Virus record (IMG/VR): IMGVR_UViG_3300020577_007160
Location: 64,001 to 128,000 of that record
DNA length: 64,000 bases
Strand: one strand, 5' to 3'
Source of the DNA: a virus
Lineage: Duplodnaviria > Caudoviricetes
The translations under genes and the position numbers were made by a program. Below the pieces are notes generated by a model. The model saw nothing but the letters and a program-made list of their open reading frames with translations. It did no database searches and was not told the DNA's origin. Positions within the stretch are counted from its first letter, which is position 1, and each line of letters begins with the position of its first letter. Positions 29,045 through 38,827 of this stretch are shown piece by piece.

Positions 29045-30781
29045 TTATGCTATTGGTGGTGTATTGCCAGAGGACAAACCATTGTCAATATAAGGCAAAA
29101 TAGAAACAAGACCTAACTTCCCACCTACTACAACAATACGATATGCTTTATTTGTTGAACCATCCTGTAAAACTGGTCCATATAATGAAGATTTAAATAT
29201 CCAATCTCCTGCGATTTGAGATGAACCAACAATATCAATTCCCATTCCATTTCTACCTACGATTTCTTTCACTTTTGAAGTGCCAATAACTCCAAGCGTA
29301 TCACCTTGTTTCCCCCAAATAATAAATGACCCTTCCTGAGATATTGTTAAATCATGAATAGTTGGTCCAAATTCAACGCCGTTTTCTGTTGAATTTACTC
29401 GTACTAATTTACTTTTATTATTAGCGAACGTTGTTGGAAATCCTGGGACAGCAGTGAGAGCAGTAATTGGATTTGCGACTTCTAAATTAATTTTCAATGC
29501 AGCACCAGTGGTGGCATCCCCCGTTGTAACTGCTGGAGTAATCGCAACCGTACCACCAGTACTAGAAAATTCTACCTGATATGAATTATAATTTGTGCTT
29601 GATGCTCGAATCTGAATCAAAGGATCATTGATCTCTAATGCAGTTCCTGCTGCATTCACCCGTGGGAATTTTAATCCTGTTTGGGTAGATCCAGAATATG
29701 AATCCGGAGTATCTGTTAATTTGAGAAAAGTATCAACAGCATCAAAGTATTCAACTGCAGTTGCTCCAGCATTTACTTTTATCCATTTATTAGCAGTATA
29801 ACTGCTAGGGAATCCAGTAATAGTTATTAGGGTATGGGTGTGCCCTGTGGCAGATTTGCCATCTAGAGTAGTCTGCAGGTCTGTTACGTTAGCAATAGTA
29901 TGAGCATGCACCAAAGGTGCTTTTGTTGATAAGAGAGAATCAACATCTGCTATCTGATAATAGCGAGCATCATGAGTATGACCTGTATCAGATTTTCCTG
30001 CGAGAGCAGTTGTTATTTCAGACTCAGTGAAGTATCGATCATCATGGGTATGACCTGTGGCAGATTTTCCTGATAATAAAGTATCAGTTTCGGTTTCAGT
30101 ATAATATCGATCGTCATGAGTATGAACTGCTAATGCAGCATCAAAGAATTCTAATCCAGTAGCTCCAGTATTTACTCGAATTGCTTTCAATCCCTGGGAA
30201 GCATAAGAATCTGGAGTATCAGTTAATTTGAGAAAATTCCAAGACCTTTGATCAGAAAGTAATTCTATTTTTTGAGTTACTACCCCACCTGAGGATATAT
30301 CAGCTAAATAAATATGAAACTCAGTGCTTGTATCTGCTGGAACAGAACCTGAAATATATAAATAACTTATTGAATAAGTATATTGATTTGGTCCAGAAAA
30401 TGTACGAGCACCTATTGTAATATTTACGTCTGACGGGTGAGTTGTAGAAGTCTTTTTTAAAGTTGTTATTTTTAATATTAATTTCATATTAGAAGCCGTG
30501 AAAGTAGCAACCGTAGATAAGGTTGTTTCTTTCATTATGAATTCTTTATGAAATAATACTCCAGCTGTAACATTAATATTGCTACCGCTTTTTTGAACTT
30601 CAAGACCTTCAACTCTTACTGTTCCTGCATATTTCTCAACAAAATAACCATACCGACCCAAATGGAGTTTCTCATTGGTATTAAAATGTTCCTCAAAAGT
30701 CAATCCTGGACTCGGTAAGTATTCAAGTCGTAGAACTTTATCATCAGGCTGAGAAAATAGTTCAGAATTAGTTGGTTCCAT
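29045..30781 (-). CDS. Tail fibre protein
   Basis: Repeats FLKLTDTPDSY, VNxxxTxxEF and HTHDxRY/HxH; downstream of the baseplate genes. Confidence 0.75.
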   Translation of the reverse strand: MEPTNSELFSQPDDKVLRLEYLPSPGLTFEEHFNTNEKLHLGRYGYFVEKYAGTVRVEGLEVQKSGSNINVTAGVLFHKEFIMKETTLSTVATFTASNMKLILKITTLKKTSTTHPSDVNITIGARTFSGPNQYTYSISYLYISGSVPADTSTEFHIYLADISSGGVVTQKIELLSDQRSWNFLKLTDTPDSYASQGLKAIRVNTGATGLEFFDAALAVHTHDDRYYTETETDTLLSGKSATGHTHDDRYFTESEITTALAGKSDTGHTHDARYYQIADVDSLLSTKAPLVHAHTIANVTDLQTTLDGKSATGHTHTLITITGFPSSYTANKWIKVNAGATAVEYFDAVDTFLKLTDTPDSYSGSTQTGLKFPRVNAAGTALEINDPLIQIRASSTNYNSYQVEFSSTGGTVAITPAVTTGDATTGAALKINLEVANPITALTAVPGFPTTFANNKSKLVRVNSTENGVEFGPTIHDLTISQEGSFIIWGKQGDTLGVIGTSKVKEIVGRNGMGIDIVGSSQIAGDWIFKSSLYGPVLQDGSTNKAYRIVVVGGKLGLVSILPYIDNGLSSGNTPPIA

Positions 30782-30784
30782 GAT

Positions 30785-31927
30785 TTATATTTCAATATCA
30801 GAAATTTGAGTCAATACTGGTGCATAAAATACCATCGTATTTTCCAATGTTATGTCTTGATCTGTATCAAGTAAGATTGTATTTGCATCAATTATACTAT
30901 TAATTCTATAACTCGTTATGAATGAATTCGCAGCATGTTTTATACCAATATAATTTTGACCTGGAGACGCGAACAATGTCGCGAAACTTGTACCCCCTGA
31001 CTTCGTGACATTCCAAATACCAACCCCACCAGAAACAATATTTACTGCTGTTGCATTCTGCAACATTATTTGCAATTTATTATCTTGAGTGAATTCAATA
31101 TTCTTTAATTCAAAGGAAAGAGTCTGAGTCAATAAGTCAAATATTTCTGTTGATACTGAAGAAGTAACATAAATCAATACTGCTGTCGTATTCTTATTTG
31201 TTGAATTACTTAATTGTGGAATATTCCCAATATAACCTACTTGGTCTCCATATTGATTCCCTGCAGTATCCCGCATAGATGAATTGGGGAATCCGTAAAG
31301 CCGGAACTCCAAGAACATTTGTTGTTTTGGCTCAATACAAACTCCAACATAGACCAGTCCAGAAGTAATGATCTTTTTGATATATTCTTCCAAACCATTA
31401 CGAATATACCTTTTAGAATTTAAATCAAAATAATAAGAATAATTAACTGTTACTGAACCGACCGTATTGGAAGTGAATAATATTTTATATTCACCTGTAT
31501 TGTAATTTATGTATCCACTAGATACTCCAGTACCTTTCAATATCCAATGAGTTGCGTCCGTTGCTGAAGATGTTCCGTCGGTTATGGTGACAGACCCTGG
31601 AATAATACGACTTGAGTATTTTAATGTTCCAGAATAAACTGATGAACCAGAACTTCCAATTGGTTCTGCAGTTATTGATTGTTGGAGCTGAGTTAATAAA
31701 TTTCTTTTCTGCGCAGTAGTATAATTGAAATATAAAGGAATGCCTTTTGAATACAGAATATAATTTAATAAACCATCTGGAAGATTTTCATATTTTATTA
31801 AATTATAAAGTGCAAATAACTTTTTACGAGAAGAAGCATAACCATAATCAAACAGATCCTTTACTTCATTGAGTGCTGGATCATAATTTAATAGATTTGG
31901 TGTTATTGCTTCAGATGGTAAATGCAT
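30785..31927 (-). CDS. Baseplate wedge protein (gpI/gp7-like) with an inserted GxINYxTG module
   Basis: Position between the J-like and fibre genes; LP..LL..I...KG motif; IIPGSVTITDG...GYINYNTG insert. Confidence 0.55.
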   Translation of the reverse strand: MHLPSEAITPNLLNYDPALNEVKDLFDYGYASSRKKLFALYNLIKYENLPDGLLNYILYSKGIPLYFNYTTAQKRNLLTQLQQSITAEPIGSSGSSVYSGTLKYSSRIIPGSVTITDGTSSATDATHWILKGTGVSSGYINYNTGEYKILFTSNTVGSVTVNYSYYFDLNSKRYIRNGLEEYIKKIITSGLVYVGVCIEPKQQMFLEFRLYGFPNSSMRDTAGNQYGDQVGYIGNIPQLSNSTNKNTTAVLIYVTSSVSTEIFDLLTQTLSFELKNIEFTQDNKLQIMLQNATAVNIVSGGVGIWNVTKSGGTSFATLFASPGQNYIGIKHAANSFITSYRINSIIDANTILLDTDQDITLENTMVFYAPVLTQISDIEI

Positions 31928-32440
31928 TTATTTTAAAGATACTTTTAAATTAAAATTATTCTCAATAAATTCTTTTATGTCAATAGTATTTCCTTCCTCT
32001 AAATTAAAATTTTCTAGCCAGTCTTCCTCATCCCAGTCAGAAAATTCATTTTCACATTCGTTTTCAAAAAGAATAATAGAAGTAATATAATTAGTAATAT
32101 TCTTTATATCCTTAAGTACTACTTCTTCCATTTCATCTTTTATTATTCTTTTTATGGAAGTCCCAGAATAACTATCTTGATAAGGTTTAATCTGATAATT
32201 ATTAGACAATTTATTTCCATCGACAACAATACATACTGGATATATTGAAGCAATAGATTTCCATGCATTTTTATCTCTTGTAAAGGACACCCAACCATGA
32301 TTAGGAGAAATTTTTAATGTATTATTATCTAGTATTTTAACTAAATTAGTTAAATAAGTATAATGATACAGAATACCAACCTGTTTGGATTCTTTAAATA
32401 CTAAATTTTCTAATCTATTTATTCTTTGATTAATATCCAT
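31928..32440 (-). CDS. Tagged putative ADP-ribosyltransferase-fold protein
   Basis: MDINQRINRLENLVFKES tag; LYHYT, VSFTR and EMEE in ART-like order. Confidence 0.6.
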   Translation of the reverse strand: MDINQRINRLENLVFKESKQVGILYHYTYLTNLVKILDNNTLKISPNHGWVSFTRDKNAWKSIASIYPVCIVVDGNKLSNNYQIKPYQDSYSGTSIKRIIKDEMEEVVLKDIKNITNYITSIILFENECENEFSDWDEEDWLENFNLEEGNTIDIKEFIENNFNLKVSLK

Positions 32441-32464
32441 TTATTTATATAGATTTGTTGGATA

Positions 32465-33772
32465 CTAAGATCTATATGATGATGGATCGATTTTATTTTT
32501 ATTTACACTGCAAACATTCAAAATATCTTCTAGTGTAAATACTTTTGAATATTTATAACAACGAAACCAGCCACCAACTTCCGTTGGGCATCTATTTAAA
32601 GACTCTATATTATTAAGAGAACAATCAAAACTTCCTTTAAGTTTAGTTGGACAGCCAACTAAAGATGTTAAATTATTTGAGGAACAATTAAGACTTTTTA
32701 AAACTTCTGGACAACCTTTTAAAGAGATTAATTTATTATGTGAACAATCAAAATTCCCTTCAACTTCCATGGGACATCCGTCCAAGGATTCCAAGTTATT
32801 AAAAGAACAATTAAAATTACCAGCTTTTATTGGAGATCCTTCCAAAGATGTTAGATTGTTGCTAAAACAAGTAAATGTTCCCCCAACTTTCTCGGGACAT
32901 CCATCCAAGGATGTTAGGCTGTTACTAGAACAATCAAAATCCCCAGTAACAGTTCCGAATTTGCCAAATCTAAGAATAGAGTTTATTCGTTGCCTAGACA
33001 TATCAACATCCCCATCAACATCTATTAGTCCATCTGAGTTGATTTTGTAAGAACCTTTAATTACCTTCTTTAATAACATTTTTCTTGTTAATAATTCTCT
33101 TACTTTAAATAATTCTTTTGGTAAACCAATTTCTGAAAATGGAATATTAGTATCCAAAGCATTATAACATTCTAATTTTTCATTATAATAAACAGCTACT
33201 GCTGTTTTGTATAAAGGATTTGAACTATCTAATTTCTTATTAAAAACAAAATAAAACGTTACTTTATTTCTTCTATATTGATGAAAGTAATTCTTACTAT
33301 CTGTAGCTGATATACACCACTTCGTGGTGTTACCATATTGAATTGCTGCTTTTTTATTTTTTATCAAAAGAACAAGATGTTTATCATTATTCAAAATTGT
33401 TTCTGTTCCTTTATTTTTAAGAAGTCTTTGTTCTTCTGACTTACTCATTTTATCAGAATTAGAACTTATATACTCATTGAATTCATTATAGGTTTTGAAC
33501 CTGTTGATATCTTTGATATCAAGTAGATTTTTTGAACTTAATCTATCAAATGATTCTATATTATTCTTAAGTTCTTCAAAATCAATAGAAGGATCTTGCA
33601 AATAAAACTTACAGATTTTTTCTATATATTTATACGTCTTCGACGTATCAATTGATACAAGTTCTTCAAATGTTTTAGAATCAATCTTATTTGAATATAA
33701 TTTTCTTGCATTCGCAAGAGATTCAAATAACTGGTTTTCAAGGATTTGGATTCTTTTGAGGAAGGGTTTCAT
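32465..33772 (-). CDS. Tagged LRR-like paralog, 6 repeats
   Basis: LKRIQILENQLFES; YGxxTKWCI domain; about 21-aa GxFxCxxNxLxSLxGxP repeats. Confidence 0.85.
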   Translation of the reverse strand: MKPFLKRIQILENQLFESLANARKLYSNKIDSKTFEELVSIDTSKTYKYIEKICKFYLQDPSIDFEELKNNIESFDRLSSKNLLDIKDINRFKTYNEFNEYISSNSDKMSKSEEQRLLKNKGTETILNNDKHLVLLIKNKKAAIQYGNTTKWCISATDSKNYFHQYRRNKVTFYFVFNKKLDSSNPLYKTAVAVYYNEKLECYNALDTNIPFSEIGLPKELFKVRELLTRKMLLKKVIKGSYKINSDGLIDVDGDVDMSRQRINSILRFGKFGTVTGDFDCSSNSLTSLDGCPEKVGGTFTCFSNNLTSLEGSPIKAGNFNCSFNNLESLDGCPMEVEGNFDCSHNKLISLKGCPEVLKSLNCSSNNLTSLVGCPTKLKGSFDCSLNNIESLNRCPTEVGGWFRCYKYSKVFTLEDILNVCSVNKNKIDPSSYRS

Positions 33773-33780
33773 AATTAGTT

Positions 33781-35280
33781 TTATTTAAATTTAGGATTAA
33801 CTAAAACAGTTTTTGCAAACTTAGATCTTATATTAGATGTTGTCGCTACTTCCGTATTGATAGTTATTGTTGATCCAACATTCGTAAATATTTCATCGAT
33901 TTCGCATTCAAATAATATATCAGAATTTGGAGATATTACAGGATCAATAATTTCTATTGACAATATTCCAGGATAATTTATCAATAAGTCATAAATCTCA
34001 GAAAGTAAAACAGGTTCTCCAAAATCCCGAGTCCAATTTCCGTCTGAACCTAAATATAGGGGATCTAATAAATTATTGATTTGAGTATTAACATAAGTAT
34101 CAATATCCCCCTGATCATAATTTGGATCAGTATGAACTGTTAATTCTAATGTTACGGTAATATATTTTGGGTTAACTACTCCAACTTTATATCCTGCAAC
34201 AATAATATCATCAATAGCGGATTTAACATTATCTTTCAAAGGATTGCTAGGATTTCCCCCACCATCAGGGATCAATTGAACTATTGGATAATTTATGTGT
34301 GGTGTAACATTTGCCCTAGCAACTCCATCGTAACTCTCTGCGAATATTTGTATATCCTCGGTGCTAACAAGACGATTATTCATTCGAGGTAATCGAATCG
34401 CTAAAGACCTAATTCGTTCAATTGAATCCGGATTACGACCTCCAGTGGCATCCTTAGGATTAGTTAAAGAAGTAATCCTGCCATTGAGACTTGAAGGGAT
34501 AGTATACGTAGTAGTAATCTTTCCCGCTAGAACATTTCCCCTAGCACCACCACCATTGATATAGGATATTTTTATTACTTCTCCAAGTGTTGGAATTTTA
34601 CCATTGGTATCATCTCCAAAAATAAATTGATGAGTTTCTTCATCTAATTGGCGATATAAATAACGAGTTTCACTCGAACTCGCATTCAATAAACTATCAA
34701 TTTCTGTCCATTCTGTTGCATTGACAAATACCCTAATTGTATTATCAACTAATCTATCTCGAATAATTATTGAAGTAAATGCTGTTCCTTTAGAAGTTTC
34801 AAGACGTTCCTTATATTGACCTTCAATAAATAACTGATTATTAATTGCCGTCGTAGAAGCAGAAAATGTTATTGAAGAAGGATTCGTGAAATAAACCGTA
34901 TTCCCGTCATTCCCTGAAGCAGACAGAACAATAGAGTATGCTGCAGCCACAACAGGGCTTCCACTACTCGTAATAACAAAATTTATTAAAGTATGAGAAC
35001 TGACATAATTAGTAGGAATGTATTGCAATTGTAAGGCATGGTTGAGAATGTTTTCCCTTGTAAGTGCAGTAGCTATATTGAATTCCTGGGAAACATTATT
35101 AGCAAATCTTGCAAGACGTTCAATTGACAATAAGTAATAGTCTAATGTAAATCTTAAAATATCGTTAGCATTATCAATATCCCAGTCTACTAAATTAGAC
35201 TTAGAATTTTTTAATGTTTTAACTTCATTGAATAAAGTTACGTAATCCTGAGAAATTATGTCAGTGAGAATTAAACTCAT
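33781..35280 (-). CDS. Baseplate J / gp6-like wedge protein
   Basis: DY..L, TALTREN, FGDDTNGKIP, GGARGNV, ATGGRNPDSIERIR, RLVSTED. Confidence 0.88.
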   Translation of the reverse strand: MSLILTDIISQDYVTLFNEVKTLKNSKSNLVDWDIDNANDILRFTLDYYLLSIERLARFANNVSQEFNIATALTRENILNHALQLQYIPTNYVSSHTLINFVITSSGSPVVAAAYSIVLSASGNDGNTVYFTNPSSITFSASTTAINNQLFIEGQYKERLETSKGTAFTSIIIRDRLVDNTIRVFVNATEWTEIDSLLNASSSETRYLYRQLDEETHQFIFGDDTNGKIPTLGEVIKISYINGGGARGNVLAGKITTTYTIPSSLNGRITSLTNPKDATGGRNPDSIERIRSLAIRLPRMNNRLVSTEDIQIFAESYDGVARANVTPHINYPIVQLIPDGGGNPSNPLKDNVKSAIDDIIVAGYKVGVVNPKYITVTLELTVHTDPNYDQGDIDTYVNTQINNLLDPLYLGSDGNWTRDFGEPVLLSEIYDLLINYPGILSIEIIDPVISPNSDILFECEIDEIFTNVGSTITINTEVATTSNIRSKFAKTVLVNPKFK

Positions 35281-35298
35281 ATTTTAAATAATATAAAA

Positions 35299-36342
35299 TT
35301 AAACATTTATTTCCCCCTTAACATCACAAACTTTTACTACATCTTTTACTGTAAATTTTTTCTTATTAAAGTAACAACTAAATTTTCCACCAACATATAT
35401 TGGTGCATATTTTAATGATGTTAGAACACAAAAGCCACAATTAAAATATCCGCCAATTTGTATTGGGCATCCTTCTAAGGATGTTAGATTGTTATGAGAA
35501 CAATCAAAATCTCCAGTAACGATTCCAAAATTTCCAATATCTAGAATAGAATTTAATTTTTTATTATTTAAATCAACATCCCCATCAACATCTATTAACC
35601 CTCGAAAATTTATTTTGTATGTTCCTTTAATGCAATTGACTAAATCCTCCTGTTCTGGTAATTCTTTCACTTTAAATAACTTTTCAGATAATCCTAATTT
35701 TGAAAGAATAGAATTTCTAATTTTTTTATCAATTGCATTATAACATTCTAATTTACCACTATAATTAACAGCTACTGCTATTTTATAATTTGGATTTGAA
35801 CTATCTAGTTCTTTATTAAAGATAAAATAAAAAGTAACTCTTTTTCCTCTATAAGACTTAAAATAATTTTTACTATCAGTAGCAGAAATGCACCATTTTG
35901 TGTTTGATCCATATTGAATAGCTGCCTGTTCGTCTTTGATCAAAAGAACAAGAACATTTTCATTATTCAATATCGTTTCTGTTCCTTTATTTTTAAGAAG
36001 TCTTTGTTCTTCTGACTTTGACATTTTATCAGAATTAGAGTCTAAATACTCTTTAAATGAAGAATAAATCTTAAATTGATTTATATCTTTGATATCAATT
36101 AGATTTTTTGAACTTAATCTATCAAATAATTCTATATCTGATTTCAATTCATCTAGATCTATATCTTCATTCTGAAGGTAGAATTTACATATCTTTTCAA
36201 TATATTTATAAGTTTTAGAAATATCTATTGATATAAGTTGTTCAAATATTGAAGGTTCAATCTTATTTGAATATAATTTTCTTGCATTCGCAAGAGATTC
36301 GAATAATTGATTTTCTAGTATTTTGATTCTTTTGAGGATCAT
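35299..36342 (-). CDS. Tagged LRR-like paralog, 2 repeats
   Basis: Same architecture as 32465..33772. Confidence 0.85.
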   Translation of the reverse strand: MILKRIKILENQLFESLANARKLYSNKIEPSIFEQLISIDISKTYKYIEKICKFYLQNEDIDLDELKSDIELFDRLSSKNLIDIKDINQFKIYSSFKEYLDSNSDKMSKSEEQRLLKNKGTETILNNENVLVLLIKDEQAAIQYGSNTKWCISATDSKNYFKSYRGKRVTFYFIFNKELDSSNPNYKIAVAVNYSGKLECYNAIDKKIRNSILSKLGLSEKLFKVKELPEQEDLVNCIKGTYKINFRGLIDVDGDVDLNNKKLNSILDIGNFGIVTGDFDCSHNNLTSLEGCPIQIGGYFNCGFCVLTSLKYAPIYVGGKFSCYFNKKKFTVKDVVKVCDVKGEINV

Positions 36343-36390
36343 TTTATTTGTTAAATTTTATATTAAATTTGATTTTATATATAATATAAT

Positions 36391-36843
36391 TTAAAGTCCA
36401 AAAGAGTCTTTAAAAATTGAGTAACCGAAATTTAATAGTTCTTTATAGGATGTAATATTATGATCCTGAAGAATTACTTTTTTTATATCCTGATCTGGTA
36501 CTACTTTATAATAAGAAATTAAAGTAGAAACTTCTACAGAATTCTCTGCTAAAATATGAGGTAATTTTGATTGAAAATCTATAGCGTAATCAGTTGTAGC
36601 TAGATTTAATTTTTGATCTTCTTTTGGTTCTACGTAGAACCTAACTATCAGATTGTCTGTTGTTTTATTGAATTTAATTTCTACTACAGAATTAATAATT
36701 ATTCCAAATATTGTTTCATATTCATCTTTATAATCAACTGGTGTTTTGCCTCGAAGAATAGTTTTGATCTCTTCGTAGATAGAAGATATTGGTGTCTTGT
36801 AAACTTCTGTTGTTGCTTCTTCCTCTTCTTTTAATCTTTTCAT
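36391..36843 (-). CDS. Hypothetical protein (MKRLKEE start)
   Basis: 150-aa ORF. Confidence 0.65.
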   Translation of the reverse strand: MKRLKEEEEATTEVYKTPISSIYEEIKTILRGKTPVDYKDEYETIFGIIINSVVEIKFNKTTDNLIVRFYVEPKEDQKLNLATTDYAIDFQSKLPHILAENSVEVSTLISYYKVVPDQDIKKVILQDHNITSYKELLNFGYSIFKDSFGL

Positions 36844-36845
36844 TT

Positions 36846-37679
36846 TTAACTCTGCGGTTTATTCGACACAAAATTCTGTCCTGGAACTACTCCTGCCGCA
36901 AGACTAGCCACGTTCGATGGAAACAAAGGTGCAGGAGCACCTAAGTTCCCAACAGCAAGGTTTGGAGCAGCATTCTTCAGCCAATCTACGAAAGGTTTCA
37001 GAGAAACATAATCACCATCAATCTGAGTACCAGAACTCATCATATTTAATATATGACCAAATTTATCTTGTAATGAAATCCCCGATGAATCTAAAACAAT
37101 AGCATTTCCAAATTTATCCTCTATTCGTATTCCTTCAGAAGAAGTTTGAATAAAATTAACAAAAGTATCCGTTATTTTGATACCATTGTTATCCATGAAA
37201 ACTTCGTTGTTATTTTTCCCGTCTTTTATTTTAATAAACTCTTCGTCTTTTTTACGGTTAATTTCAAAAGTTGTTTTGTCAGTAAGATAAATAATCCTAA
37301 AATACTCTTCATCTTTAAAATTATTTAATAGAAAATTCCAATTTTCATCAAAGTACATCATTTTAAGATCTGGATAAAAGGTATCGAAGTCCGTAGATAC
37401 CTTGGATAAATACGTGAATCCAGACCATGCCATATTGTTGAAATCATTGTTCAAAGGTTCTACAATAACTCCGATAAAATTAGAGAATTTCTGAACAAAG
37501 GTTTTTGATGGCACAATAAATTGACCAAATTGAAAAATTGGTTTAACATAACTTATATTTGATTGAAACTTTACTGGTATGTATCCCCTCTTATTAACAT
37601 CATCTACCCAGTATTCTATTGGGGCAAATTCAGCAATATATCGAGTATAAGATTTATTTTTACCAGGTTCTTCAAACAT
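36846..37679 (-). CDS. Baseplate spike (gpV/gp5-like)
   Basis: C-terminal IxIxDKFGNxIxxDxxG beta repeats and GNLGAP tip; follows the hub gene; start probably MFEEPG. Confidence 0.7.
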   Translation of the reverse strand: MFEEPGKNKSYTRYIAEFAPIEYWVDDVNKRGYIPVKFQSNISYVKPIFQFGQFIVPSKTFVQKFSNFIGVIVEPLNNDFNNMAWSGFTYLSKVSTDFDTFYPDLKMMYFDENWNFLLNNFKDEEYFRIIYLTDKTTFEINRKKDEEFIKIKDGKNNNEVFMDNNGIKITDTFVNFIQTSSEGIRIEDKFGNAIVLDSSGISLQDKFGHILNMMSSGTQIDGDYVSLKPFVDWLKNAAPNLAVGNLGAPAPLFPSNVASLAAGVVPGQNFVSNKPQS

Positions 37680-38826
37680 AAATTTCACCTTTGACATCAC
37701 AAATTTCTACTACATCCTCTGCTGTAAATTTTTTCTTGTTAGAATAACAATTAAAATTCCCTTTAACTTCCATAGGACATCCTTTTAAGGATGTTAATTT
37801 ATTATTAAAACAATTAAAATTTCCATTAATTTTTGTTGGGCAACCTTCTAAAGATTCTAGATTGTTATAAGTACAAATAAAACTTCCCCCAACTTCCTTT
37901 GGACATCCATCTAAGGATGTTAGTTTATTATCAAAACAACTAAATTTTCCTCCAACTTTTATTGGGCATCCTTTTAAGGATGCCAAATTGTTACCAACAC
38001 AAATAAAATCTCCAGTAACAATTCCGAATCTGCCTATATCAAGAATAGATTTTATATTTGAAATATCTACATCTCCGTCAACATCTATTAATCCTTGAGA
38101 ATTGATTTTATATGTTCCAATAATACAATTTTCTAATTTTTCTTCTTTTGATAATCCTTTTACTACAAATAACTTTTTAGGTAATCCTAATTTTGAAAAT
38201 GAAACCTTTTTATCGACAGCATTATAACATTCTAGTTTTCCCCATTTATAAACAGTAACTGCTATTTTGTATAATGGATTTGAACTATCTAAATCTTTAT
38301 TAAAGACAAAATAAAATGTTACAGATTCTTTTCTATATTTTTTAAAATAGTTTTCACTATCAGTAGCAGAAATGCACCATTTCGTATTTGAACCATACTG
38401 AATAGATGCTTGTTCATCTTTTATTAAAAGTACAAGATATTTATCATTATTCAATACTACTTCTGAACCTTTATTTTTCAATAATTTGACTTCTTCTGAT
38501 TTTGACATTTTGTCAGAATTAGAACTTATATACTCATTGAATTCATCATAAGTTTTAAATCTATTGATATCCTTGATATCAATCAAATTCTTTGAACTTA
38601 ATCTATCAAACAATTTTATATTATTCTTGAGTCCTTTAAGATCTATATCTTCATTCTGAAGGTAAAATTTACATATCTTTTCAATATATTTATAAGTTTT
38701 AGAAGTATCAATTGATATTAGTTCATCAAATACTTCAGGATCAATTTTATTTGAGTATAATTTTCTTGCATTCGCAAGAGACTCGAATAATTGGTTTTCT
38801 AGGATTTGGATTCTTTTGAGTATCAT
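37672..38826 (-). CDS. Tagged LRR-like paralog, 4 repeats
   Basis: Start MILKRIQILENQLFES at 38826. Confidence 0.85.
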   Translation of the reverse strand: MILKRIQILENQLFESLANARKLYSNKIDPEVFDELISIDTSKTYKYIEKICKFYLQNEDIDLKGLKNNIKLFDRLSSKNLIDIKDINRFKTYDEFNEYISSNSDKMSKSEEVKLLKNKGSEVVLNNDKYLVLLIKDEQASIQYGSNTKWCISATDSENYFKKYRKESVTFYFVFNKDLDSSNPLYKIAVTVYKWGKLECYNAVDKKVSFSKLGLPKKLFVVKGLSKEEKLENCIIGTYKINSQGLIDVDGDVDISNIKSILDIGRFGIVTGDFICVGNNLASLKGCPIKVGGKFSCFDNKLTSLDGCPKEVGGSFICTYNNLESLEGCPTKINGNFNCFNNKLTSLKGCPMEVKGNFNCYSNKKKFTAEDVVEICDVKGEIYV

Positions 38827-38827
38827 T

